A stretch of DNA of 64,000 nucleotides, taken from NCBI GenBank assembly GCA_965216875.1, contig OZ244207.1, forward strand, positions 1,856,001-1,920,000, given 5' to 3'. This document shows positions 1-8,242 of the stretch, piece after piece; position 1 is the stretch's first letter; each line of letters opens with the position of its first letter. This stretch comes from Rubripirellula sp. (lineage in GTDB: Bacteria; Planctomycetota; Planctomycetia; Pirellulales; Pirellulaceae). The notes under the pieces were generated by a model. The model was not told the DNA's origin. It searched no databases and was given only the letters and a program-made list of their open reading frames with translations. Both the position numbers and the translations under genes were made by a program.

Positions 1-1
1 A

Positions 2-1228
2 GGATATCGGCTGGGACGCGGGATCTATCAACCTTGGTATCTCGAACGTGAAACCGAAAAGGGTGGCGAGTTTTCGGTCGCTTGGGTGCAACCGCTGCTG
101 CAAGGTCGGGCGATTGACCCGCAACGTTTTGCCGTGTTCAACGCTGCTTTGGAACGCCAAGCTGCGGACCCGATTTTGCAGGAAGCGATTCTGCAAACGT
201 CACGTGAAGCGGTGATCGCCTATTGGAATTGGGTTGCGACCGGAGCGATGCTTCAAGCACAGCGGAGTCTTCTGCAGCTCGCCGAACGCCGAGGCGAGCA
301 ATACCAGGCCGGGTTTGATGCTGGTAAGTTCGCAGAGATCGATGTGATTTTGAACAACCAATTGATCGCCGAACGGCGCGCGGCTGCGATCGATGCGCGT
401 CGAGAGTATCTCGAGAGCGGTTTCAAGCTGTCGCTCTATGTCCGCAATGATTCCGGACAACCGATGGTACCCGCCGACGATTGGCTACCCATCGGGTTTC
501 CGGGCATCGGGCCATTGCCTGAGTTCGATATCGAGGAAGAGGTTTCGGTTGCCCTTGAGCGTCGACCGGAACCCAATCAATTGAGGATTGATCTGCAGCA
601 ATTGAGGCTGGGCCGCCAACTCGCGCAAAACGACATGTTGCCTCGATTCGATTTTGTCATCGAGGGCTCGCAAGATGTTGGTGACCCAGGAACCTCGTCG
701 GATGACAAGGGCCGATTTGAGTTGGTCGTGGGTGCGGTCGGTGAAGTTCCGATTCAACGACGCAAGGCTCGCGGTAAGCGGCAAGAGCTTGCAGCAAAGA
801 TCGTTCAGACATCGGAAAAGCTGCGTTTGCAACGCGACAAGATCAGCGTCGAAGTTCGAACGGCACTGACAAGTCTCGGGCTATCGACGGACGTCGTGCA
901 GCAGGCCAAAGTGGCATTCGACACCGCGCTGGACACTCTCGATCGATACCGCTTTGCATTCGAACGTGGGAAAATTGACCTGATCTATTTGAACCTGCTC
1001 GAGACGAAAGCCAACGAGGCGGAGATCAAGTTGATCGAGGCACAGCGACTCTGGTTCGAAGAGCTCGCCGACTTCCAAGCGGCCGTCGGACTCGATCCGT
1101 TCGAACAGGCCGGGTTCGTTTCTGAGTTGCCCCCGGCCGAGCAAGTACGCACGGACAACGGTGATCAACCGCGAGACGCGGAAGCGTTAGAGGCCGACTG
1201 GAATCGGCGAATTGGCACTCCTCAATAG
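2..1228 (+). CDS. TolC/OEP family outer-membrane efflux protein, 5'-truncated by window edge
   Basis: Frame is open from position 2 (GYRLGRGIYQPWY...). OEP-like coiled-coil repeats, 'ALERRPE' and 'NDMLPRFD', C-terminal 'RFAFERGKIDLIYLNLLE'. Confidence 0.85.
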   Translation, partial: GYRLGRGIYQPWYLERETEKGGEFSVAWVQPLLQGRAIDPQRFAVFNAALERQAADPILQEAILQTSREAVIAYWNWVATGAMLQAQRSLLQLAERRGEQYQAGFDAGKFAEIDVILNNQLIAERRAAAIDARREYLESGFKLSLYVRNDSGQPMVPADDWLPIGFPGIGPLPEFDIEEEVSVALERRPEPNQLRIDLQQLRLGRQLAQNDMLPRFDFVIEGSQDVGDPGTSSDDKGRFELVVGAVGEVPIQRRKARGKRQELAAKIVQTSEKLRLQRDKISVEVRTALTSLGLSTDVVQQAKVAFDTALDTLDRYRFAFERGKIDLIYLNLLETKANEAEIKLIEAQRLWFEELADFQAAVGLDPFEQAGFVSELPPAEQVRTDNGDQPRDAEALEADWNRRIGTPQ

Positions 1229-1257
1229 ACCCGTCGGAATGGTTGGCCGACGGGTCT
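1227..1257. terminator. Hairpin between convergent genes, putative bidirectional terminator
   Basis: AGACCCGTCGG-N9-CCGACGGGTCT, a perfect 11-bp stem between the TolC and deaD stops. No strong U-tract. Confidence 0.55.
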
Positions 1258-1278
1258 TATGGAGCAAGCAGCGACTGG

Positions 1279-3474
1279 CTAGTCGCGTGACCGTTTGTTT
1301 TTCGGCTTAAAACGCTTTTTGCCGCCCGCGTTCTTCTTCTTGTGTTTGGGCTTGCCCTTGCCTTTGTACGGTCGTTCGGAACGTTCGTCGGGGTGGCGAT
1401 CGGGACGAATCTGCAATTGTTTGCCGGAGACCCACGTGCGTTGCAACGTGCGGTAAATGTCTTTGGGCATCCCCTCGGGGAGATCGACCGTGCTGAAGTG
1501 CGGGTAGATCTTGATCGGCCCGATGAACTCGCTTTCGATTCCCGCTTCATTGGCTACCGCACCTACGATGTTTCGTGGTGCCACCCCATCGTTGCGACCG
1601 ACTTCGATGCGGTAGCGCGTCATGCCGGGTTCAGGCGGACCGAGTTTGCGGTGTTGCTTCTTTGAGTCGTTGAATGACTTCTCGCCTTTGCGATTGTGTG
1701 GCCGATCGAAGTCACGATCCTTGCCGCGTTCGCGCGGCTCTTTGGTCTTGGTTGGGCGTTCTTTCAAGAGGAAGGGACGCCCCTTTTGTCCGATGTGGAT
1801 CAACGCGGCAGCGACTGTTTCCATCGACAGTTCGGAGGTCTTGACCTGGTCAATCACCAACTCTTTGAACAGCTGTAAGTCGGTATTCGCAGCCGTCTCG
1901 GTGATCTGTTGCTTGAGTCGTTCGACACGTCGCGCGTTGATCATGTCGGCTGTTGGTGCTTCGACGATTTCGATTGTGCGTTTGGTGGCACGTTCGATGA
2001 TCTTCAACTTTCGACGTTGTGCCGGTGTCAGGAAGATGATCGCGTTGCCTTCGCGTCCCGCACGTCCTGTGCGGCCGATGCGGTGAATGTAGGATTCACT
2101 GTCGTGGGGGAAGTCAAAGTTAAAGACATGACTGACACGTTTGACGTCGAGGCCGCGAGCGGCGACGTCGGTAGCAACCAGAATGTCAAGGTTGCCCGCT
2201 TTGAGTTGTTCGACGGTGCGCTCGCGAACCTTTTGCGGCATATCGCCGTTGAGTGCTGCGGCAGAGAAGCCGTTTCGGCCAAGTTGCTCGGCCAAGCGGA
2301 CGGTCGCGTCTTTGGTTTTTGTGAAAACGATGACACCGTCGATCGGTTCGTGCTCGAGGAATTTGCCGAGGACAAAGGCTTTGTCTTTTGGTGGCACGAT
2401 GACAGCGCGTTGCGTGATCGATTCGGCGGTCATCTGTTTTCGCTTCACGCGCACGGTCGCCGGATCGACAAGGTAGTTGTCAGCGATGTCGCGGATTGGA
2501 CCGGGCATGGTTGCCGACAGCATGGTGACCTGTCGGGTCTCGGGCATTTGGGCGACAACAAATTCGACGTCTTCAAGGAAGCCCATGTTCAACATTTCGT
2601 CGGCTTCATCCAAAACCAGGCACTCGATGTCGTCGAGTTTCAGGTTGCCGCGTTTGATGTGATCAATGACGCGTCCTGGAGTGCCAACGACGACCTGCGA
2701 GCCGCGCTCGAGTGCACGTCGTTGAGGCAAGTAGTCTTGGCCCCCGTAGACGGCCAACACCTCACAGCGTTTTTGCTTGACGGCGTATTTTTCGAAAGCT
2801 TCGGCAACCTGAATGGCCAGCTCGCGAGTCGGCGTCAACACCAACGCCCGGACGCTGCGTTGGTCCATGTCGATCGACGAAAGGATCGGAAGCGCAAAGG
2901 CAGCGGTCTTGCCCGAGCCTGTTTGCGATTGAGCGATGACGTCGCGGCCCTCAAGCATCAAAGGGATCACCTTGGCTTGCACTTCGCTCGGCGCGTCATA
3001 GCCCGCTTTCTTGACCGCTTTGACAAGCTTGGGATGAATGCCCAATCGTTTCCACGGGTTTTCCGTTTCTTCCGCTTCTTGGGTTGCCGCTTCGACGACC
3101 TCGTCCGCCCGTTCCGACTGAATGTCCGCAGGCACCGACGGAACGTCCGCTTCGGTTTCCGAAACGACCGTTGTTTCTTCGGCAGTGGGTTCTTCGTTCA
3201 CAGTCACCTGGACTTCTGTAGGTTGCGGCTGCGCGCCCTCGTCTTCGACCGGCTCGACGACGGTGTCTTCGGCTACAGAGTCGGCATCAACGACTTCTTC
3301 GACGACGACGTCTTCGACAGACGAGACGGCATCGACCAGAGATTGGGTTGGAGGCACTTCTGCGATTGGCTCAGCGTGAGCTTGAGGTGCTTGCTCGGAT
3401 TGGCTGGTCGGTTCGGTCTGAACATCAGCATCCGATTCGACAATGGTGTCGCCTTGGATTTCCATGGATCGCAT
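1279..3474 (-). CDS. deaD: DEAD-box RNA helicase (DeaD/CsdA-like) with DbpA RNA-binding C-terminal domain
   Basis: Motifs QTGSGKT, PTRELA, DEAD, SAT, ARGLD, HRIGRTGR. DbpA-like 'YRIEVGRNDGV..NIVGA' and a basic tail. Confidence 0.92.
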   Translation of the reverse strand: MRSMEIQGDTIVESDADVQTEPTSQSEQAPQAHAEPIAEVPPTQSLVDAVSSVEDVVVEEVVDADSVAEDTVVEPVEDEGAQPQPTEVQVTVNEEPTAEETTVVSETEADVPSVPADIQSERADEVVEAATQEAEETENPWKRLGIHPKLVKAVKKAGYDAPSEVQAKVIPLMLEGRDVIAQSQTGSGKTAAFALPILSSIDMDQRSVRALVLTPTRELAIQVAEAFEKYAVKQKRCEVLAVYGGQDYLPQRRALERGSQVVVGTPGRVIDHIKRGNLKLDDIECLVLDEADEMLNMGFLEDVEFVVAQMPETRQVTMLSATMPGPIRDIADNYLVDPATVRVKRKQMTAESITQRAVIVPPKDKAFVLGKFLEHEPIDGVIVFTKTKDATVRLAEQLGRNGFSAAALNGDMPQKVRERTVEQLKAGNLDILVATDVAARGLDVKRVSHVFNFDFPHDSESYIHRIGRTGRAGREGNAIIFLTPAQRRKLKIIERATKRTIEIVEAPTADMINARRVERLKQQITETAANTDLQLFKELVIDQVKTSELSMETVAAALIHIGQKGRPFLLKERPTKTKEPRERGKDRDFDRPHNRKGEKSFNDSKKQHRKLGPPEPGMTRYRIEVGRNDGVAPRNIVGAVANEAGIESEFIGPIKIYPHFSTVDLPEGMPKDIYRTLQRTWVSGKQLQIRPDRHPDERSERPYKGKGKPKHKKKNAGGKKRFKPKNKRSRD

Positions 3475-3787
3475 CTATTGGGCGGTGGTTCTGTTGAGCA
3501 ATTGCGATATCAGGTCCAAGTGGGTGGACGACACCGACCAAGACGCCGACAGTGGCTGGCCGAATTGCCGAGAAACCACGTCAGCAGAGGGGGCGAAAAC
3601 GCTTGATTGCAGATTGTGACGCGTCAGGAAGGATTGGATCCTGCGCGAAGATGGTTCGAGACTAACGCGAATGGCGGGTTTCGGGCAGGGCTTAACTGCC
3701 CAGAATCAGAAAAGGTTTTGCGAGAGGGCCGCAATGTGAGGTTGAGGGCCTTTGCGGTCAGGCTAGGGGGCTGGGGAACGAGCCGGA

Positions 3788-3994
3788 TCACATCGACGGA
3801 ATGTCATAATCGCGGAAACCGTTGCGCGAATTTCCGGCGATACAGCTGCGAAATCCAAAAATCCCGCTGACGAATAGGAAGCCGAGCATGCTCCAACCGT
3901 TGGCATCATGGGCCGTTGCGAAGGAGTAGAAGGCGGCATAGATCGGGCCACAAACCAGCAGAACCGCGAGCAGGTAGAGTTTGAATGTCTTCAA
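3788..3994 (-). CDS. Small hypothetical membrane protein (2 TM)
   Basis: 68-aa ORF with two hydrophobic segments in an otherwise empty interval. GAGGTGA upstream. Confidence 0.5.
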   Translation of the reverse strand: MKTFKLYLLAVLLVCGPIYAAFYSFATAHDANGWSMLGFLFVSGIFGFRSCIAGNSRNGFRDYDIPSM

Positions 3995-4174
3995 GAATCA
4001 CCTCATTGTTGCTTGTTCATTCAGGGCAAGCCTAGGCGTCGCATCGAGGTGGGAGGGGCGCTGGCGGATCGAAAAAGGAGCAGTCGATCCCTGCGGGTGA
4101 CGCTCGGGGTGTGATTGCAACGGTTGTAGCGTTTCGCGTGCTGGCGTCGCTGTGAGCTGCTCGGAGGCAAAGCG

Positions 4175-4353
4175 CTAGTGCTATAGGCTGCCGTTTTGCA
4201 TCCAACAGACTTCGAAAATGCGCACGTTAACACTCTCCCTTGGGAGAGTCGGGCTCTAAGGCCCGGAGAGGGTTTATTCTTTGATGCGTTTTTCCCTCCC
4301 CGAACTTTGCGTCCGACCCTCCCGCAAGCGGGAGGGTGATTGTTGGAGCTCGC
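4175..4353 (+). repeat. Dispersed non-coding element, copy with CCCTCTCCC/GGGAG palindromic core
   Basis: Begins CTAGTGCTATA. Contains hairpins CTCTCCCTTGGGAGAG and CCCTCCCGCAAGCGGGAGGG. Imperfect reverse complement of 5589-5764. Confidence 0.9.
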
Positions 4354-4384
4354 GTTATCCTGTGATTGAACAGATCGAACCTGC

Positions 4385-4417
4385 AGGGCCCGACGCTAGC
4401 GCGTTCGGCTCACGTGC
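4385..4417 (-). repeat. REP-like unit (GTGAGCCG...GGGCCC type)
   Basis: 33-nt exact reverse complement of 53363-53395. Confidence 0.9.
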
Positions 4418-4518
4418 CAACGCAAACTAGCCTTCATTCGACACCGGACTCCGATACGACTAATTTATTCTTGTGTCAGACGACACCCCGCCTCCCTCTG
4501 CCCACCTTTGGAGTTCAT

Positions 4519-5493
4519 ATGAGTCGCACGCTCAGCAAGGCCTTGTTTGCGTTCGTTTTGGTAGGAACATGCTTGCCCGTCGTTGGTGAAGAGTCGAAGC
4601 CGGTGCGTTTCGAGCAAAGCGAGGGCACGGTCAAGGTTTTTGTGGGTGAAGATCACTTCACTACCTTTGATCATTCCAACTACGACAAGCCGATCCTGTA
4701 TCCGATCCTTGGGCCAGGCCAAATCGGGATGACTCGCAATTGGCCGATGAAGCAGGATGTTGAAGGGGAAGCTCACGATCACCCGCATCACAAGTCGATG
4801 TGGATATCCCATGAAATCTCGGGGGTCGATTTTTGGGCCGAGCGAGGTGGTCGCGTCGAAACGGAGTCGGTTGCAACCGATTTTTCGGGAAGTGGCGACA
4901 ACGCTTTTCGAGCAGCGTCGCGTTGGATCAAGAAGAGCGACGAGTCACAGTTGCTTAGCGATCAAACCGATTATCGATTCGGAGGCAATGATGACAGTCG
5001 CTGGATCGATTGCACCATCACTTACCATGCCAACCGTGGTGAAGTGGTTTTCGACGACACCAAAGAGGGATTGTTTGCAATTCGCACTCACCCCGATTTG
5101 CGTTTGACGCCGCGGCCAAAGGATGGCGTGAAGGAGGTCTTCGGCAAAGCCACAAACAGTGAAGGCATCAGTGGGAAGGCGATCTGGGGCAAGCAGGCGC
5201 GCTGGCTTCTGTACCAAGGTCCCATTGATGGCGAGCCGATGAGTATTGCAATGTATGACCATCCAACGAATCTGCGACACCCGACCACGTGGCATGCTCG
5301 CGATTACGGACTCGTGACGGCAAACCCATTCGGGCTTCACCATTTCCTCGGAAAAGCAAAAGGGGAGGGCGCCTACAAACTTGGCAAAGGCGAGTCCTTG
5401 ACGTTGCGATACCGGGTTGAGTTCTTCAAGGGGCTGGTTTCGGCCGCAGAGGTTGAACGTCGTTTTCGCGACTTCTCGGACTCCAGTCGATAA
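4519..5493 (+). CDS. Secreted 'PmoA family' (DUF6807-like) protein; not methane monooxygenase
   Basis: GGAG RBS and ATG at 4519, signal peptide, 'KPILYP', 'DHPHH', 'DFW', 'WHARDYGL..ANPFG'. Confidence 0.8.
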   Translation: MSRTLSKALFAFVLVGTCLPVVGEESKPVRFEQSEGTVKVFVGEDHFTTFDHSNYDKPILYPILGPGQIGMTRNWPMKQDVEGEAHDHPHHKSMWISHEISGVDFWAERGGRVETESVATDFSGSGDNAFRAASRWIKKSDESQLLSDQTDYRFGGNDDSRWIDCTITYHANRGEVVFDDTKEGLFAIRTHPDLRLTPRPKDGVKEVFGKATNSEGISGKAIWGKQARWLLYQGPIDGEPMSIAMYDHPTNLRHPTTWHARDYGLVTANPFGLHHFLGKAKGEGAYKLGKGESLTLRYRVEFFKGLVSAAEVERRFRDFSDSSR

Positions 5494-5588
5494 GTCGGCC
5501 GCCACGCAAATTCAGGGATGCGGATCTTTGGTTTGCGCTTAGGATCGTAGTTACGGTGCCATTAGGCGAAGTGCTTGCCCAGGTGAAT

Positions 5589-5764
5589 GCGCGCACCAGC
5601 AATCACCCTCCCGCTTGCGGGAGGGTCGGACGCAAAGTCCGGGAGGGATCGTGATAAAACCAACCCTCTCCGGGCCTTAGAGCCCGACTCTCCCAAGGGA
5701 GAGTGTTCTTTAGACGCTCAGTTTCGAAGGCTAATGGAAGGGCAATTGCAATCCGTAGCTCCAG
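5589..5764 (-). repeat. Inverted copy of the 4175-4353 element
   Basis: The reverse complement shares an identical 46-nt block (AACACTCTCCCTTGGGAGAGTCGGGCTCTAAGGCCCGGAGAGGGTT), a near-identical second hairpin block and the terminal segment CTGGAGCTACGGATTGCAATTGC. Confidence 0.9.
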
Positions 5765-5905
5765 CGCCCGAAGTGATTCCATTCTCGGCCTGCAATTTCG
5801 TTAGGATGGTTGCCAATGATGTGTCGGCGGTTGCGAATACGATGTTCCTTGGCTGGCATAAGGTAGGCGAACTACCGGTACGGATCTCTTCTGGGTGCAA
5901 TAAGA

Positions 5906-6517
5906 TTGGAAAACGTCGAAGCTGGTTCCGAAAACGCAAGCGTTGCGAACGCGGAGGCTGCGAGCGAAGTCGCCGAGCCTGGCGACGCTCAGCCCGAGGC
6001 AATGCCACACGGGGAATACGAGATTGATCTGAGCTGGATTGGGCTCACGCGGCTAGTCAATGGGATCTTTTTCGCCGTGCTGGTACTGGTTCTGACCGGC
6101 GGTGGTGTTGCGCTGATGTTTGCCGTTTCCGGGCTCGCTAAGGTGGCGATCGTCGTCGCTTGGTTGATTCTTGTTGGCATTGCGTTGGTGCATGTCACGG
6201 TCTGGCCCAGGTACGAACATCGGTGGTGGAGCTACGAGGTGGCTCCGGAAGTGCTTCGAATTCGCCACGGCGTGGTGTGGCGATCGACGGTTGCGATCCC
6301 AATCGCTCGCATCCAGCACGTTGATATCCACCGCGGCCCGCTGGAACGAAAATGGGGGCTGGCGTCCCTCAAGATTCACACCGCGGGCACACGAGATGCT
6401 GTGCACACGATTCCTGGCTTGACCGCCGAGGTGGCCGAGCGACTTCGCGACCGACTGATTGAAACCGCGGCTCGCATCATTCGCAAACCCAACGAGGTAT
6501 CGGCGAATGACGAGTGA
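5906..6517 (+). CDS. YdbS-like membrane protein with bacterial PH domain (start uncertain)
   Basis: 2 TM followed by bPH_2 motif 'IPIARIQHVDIHRGPLER.WGLASL.IHTAG'. Confidence 0.85.
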   Translation: MENVEAGSENASVANAEAASEVAEPGDAQPEAMPHGEYEIDLSWIGLTRLVNGIFFAVLVLVLTGGGVALMFAVSGLAKVAIVVAWLILVGIALVHVTVWPRYEHRWWSYEVAPEVLRIRHGVVWRSTVAIPIARIQHVDIHRGPLERKWGLASLKIHTAGTRDAVHTIPGLTAEVAERLRDRLIETAARIIRKPNEVSANDE

Positions 6518-8240
6518 CGGGGAACCAAAAGCTGACGCCAATGAGGCCTCTTTCCAGCAACCGGAACGCTCTGCCCCCGATGGCACATCGACGACGGCCG
6601 AGACGCCAAATGATGGGGCCGCAATTGCCGAGGACATCTTGGATGACGCGGCGGTCGCTGGGAGTACGGAGACAGCTGAGCGCGTCGCAACGAGCAGCGC
6701 GCACAGCGAGGTCTTCGATAGGCTTCATTGGTCGACCGTTGTCTTGCCGGTCGCTCAAAACTGCATGCGCATGCTTTTCTTTGCGCTTGCTGCTACCTTC
6801 TTCGCTAACGCGATTGGCGTTCTGATCGGTGCGGCTTGCTACGTTGGCATCACTTTCATCAGCTACACAATCCGATTCTTAACGGTTCGGTTCATGACGA
6901 CCAACGATGAATTGGTCATTCGTTCCGGACTGATTGAAAAGAACGAGCGGAAGATTCCGTATTCACGCGTGCAAGAGACGCGATTGCATCAGGGGATACT
7001 TCACCGGCTATTCGGTTTGGTGCGACTGGAAATCAAGACAGCAGGCAGTGACCAGCAAGAGGCAGTGCTAGATGTCATCACCAAGCAACAGGCCGAGCGA
7101 TTGCGATTGGCAGTTGATGGCCGGCACGTTGAAACGAGAGACGAAGAATCGTCATCGATTGCCGAGCCCCAAGAATCGGATTTTCGCACCCACGTTCCGC
7201 TGCGAACACTTGCGCTCGGTGGGCTGACCTCCAATATCGTTGCCTCGATCGGCGGCATGATCGGCATTCTGTTTTACTTTCAAGGGGCCGCTTGGTTTGG
7301 AGACCGTTGGACGAAGATTGATGCACAAATTGAAGAGCGGATTAACGAGCGGGTAAACGATCGGATGCCGTGGTCGGATCTTGAATCCAAGCTGCCTGAC
7401 TACGCGCCGATCAACTATGCGGTTGATTTCTATTTCGAAGAGACGCTCGGCAAAGGGCTTGTCCTGGCACTGTTTGGTCTGGTCGTCTCGGTGACCGTTT
7501 ATGTGGTTCGGTACTACGGCTTCACGCTTACCAGAACCGGGCGGCTGCTTGGATCGAGTTATGGCTTGCTTACGCTTCAAGAAGGCACGCTATCGCGCGA
7601 CCGAATTCAGACGTTGAAGATTGAGGAAGGATTGTTGCGGCGGCCATTCGGGTTGGCATCGGTGCGTGTCGATAGTGCTGGTGACCAACACGAAGTTGAT
7701 GAAGCAAAGAATCGCGCAACTTTGGTCCCGGTGGCAAAGAAGGCATCGATTTTTGAGGTCGCACGACAAGCCATTCCGGGCTTGGATGACCTCGAACCTG
7801 AGTGGCGACGGATTTCGCCGATCGCGATCATGCGGGGGTCGCGCAAGGGGTGGCTAGTCGTGCTGCTCTGTATGATCCAAACTTGGTTTCTGGCCGGCTG
7901 GTTCACACTCGCTTGGTTGCCGGCGTTCGCGCTGGTCTATTTCTTGAACCTGCGTTGGTATCAAAACACGGGCTACTGGCAGGGAGACGATCATTTCCTC
8001 AGCCGTAGGGGCTGGTTGAATCGGTCGACAACCTGTTTGCCAATCAAGAACATTCAGAACATCACCCTGCGGCAGAACTTCTTTGACCGACGTCTCGGGC
8101 TCGCGTCACTGTCGATCGATACAGCGGGACAGTCAAACACAGGCGGCGGGCCAGTGATTCGGCACTTGCCTTTGGTCGAGGCGCAACGAATGCAAGATGA
8201 GTTGGCCATGATTGTGGGAAGCACGCAATCGGCGTGGTAG
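6507..8240 (+). CDS. YdbT-like membrane protein with three bacterial PH domains
   Basis: Three bPH_2 repeats ('RVQ..L.QG..HRLFGL', 'RIQ..KIEEG..RRPFGL', 'NIQ..LRQN.FDRRLGL'). ATG at 6507 overlaps the stop of the ydbS-like gene. Confidence 0.85.
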   Translation: MTSDGEPKADANEASFQQPERSAPDGTSTTAETPNDGAAIAEDILDDAAVAGSTETAERVATSSAHSEVFDRLHWSTVVLPVAQNCMRMLFFALAATFFANAIGVLIGAACYVGITFISYTIRFLTVRFMTTNDELVIRSGLIEKNERKIPYSRVQETRLHQGILHRLFGLVRLEIKTAGSDQQEAVLDVITKQQAERLRLAVDGRHVETRDEESSSIAEPQESDFRTHVPLRTLALGGLTSNIVASIGGMIGILFYFQGAAWFGDRWTKIDAQIEERINERVNDRMPWSDLESKLPDYAPINYAVDFYFEETLGKGLVLALFGLVVSVTVYVVRYYGFTLTRTGRLLGSSYGLLTLQEGTLSRDRIQTLKIEEGLLRRPFGLASVRVDSAGDQHEVDEAKNRATLVPVAKKASIFEVARQAIPGLDDLEPEWRRISPIAIMRGSRKGWLVVLLCMIQTWFLAGWFTLAWLPAFALVYFLNLRWYQNTGYWQGDDHFLSRRGWLNRSTTCLPIKNIQNITLRQNFFDRRLGLASLSIDTAGQSNTGGGPVIRHLPLVEAQRMQDELAMIVGSTQSAW

Positions 8241-8242
8241 CG

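Noticed and set aside
1909..3606. 565-aa plus-strand ORF
   Set aside because: Antisense shadow of deaD with no motifs. The same applies to 32231-33505, 35224-36513, 36969-37838, 37935-38810, 24847-25749 and 63268-63978.
4519..5493. Methane monooxygenase pmoA
   Set aside because: These are soluble secreted proteins (also 57581-58573) with no multi-TM topology and no pmoC/pmoB. The family name is misleading.
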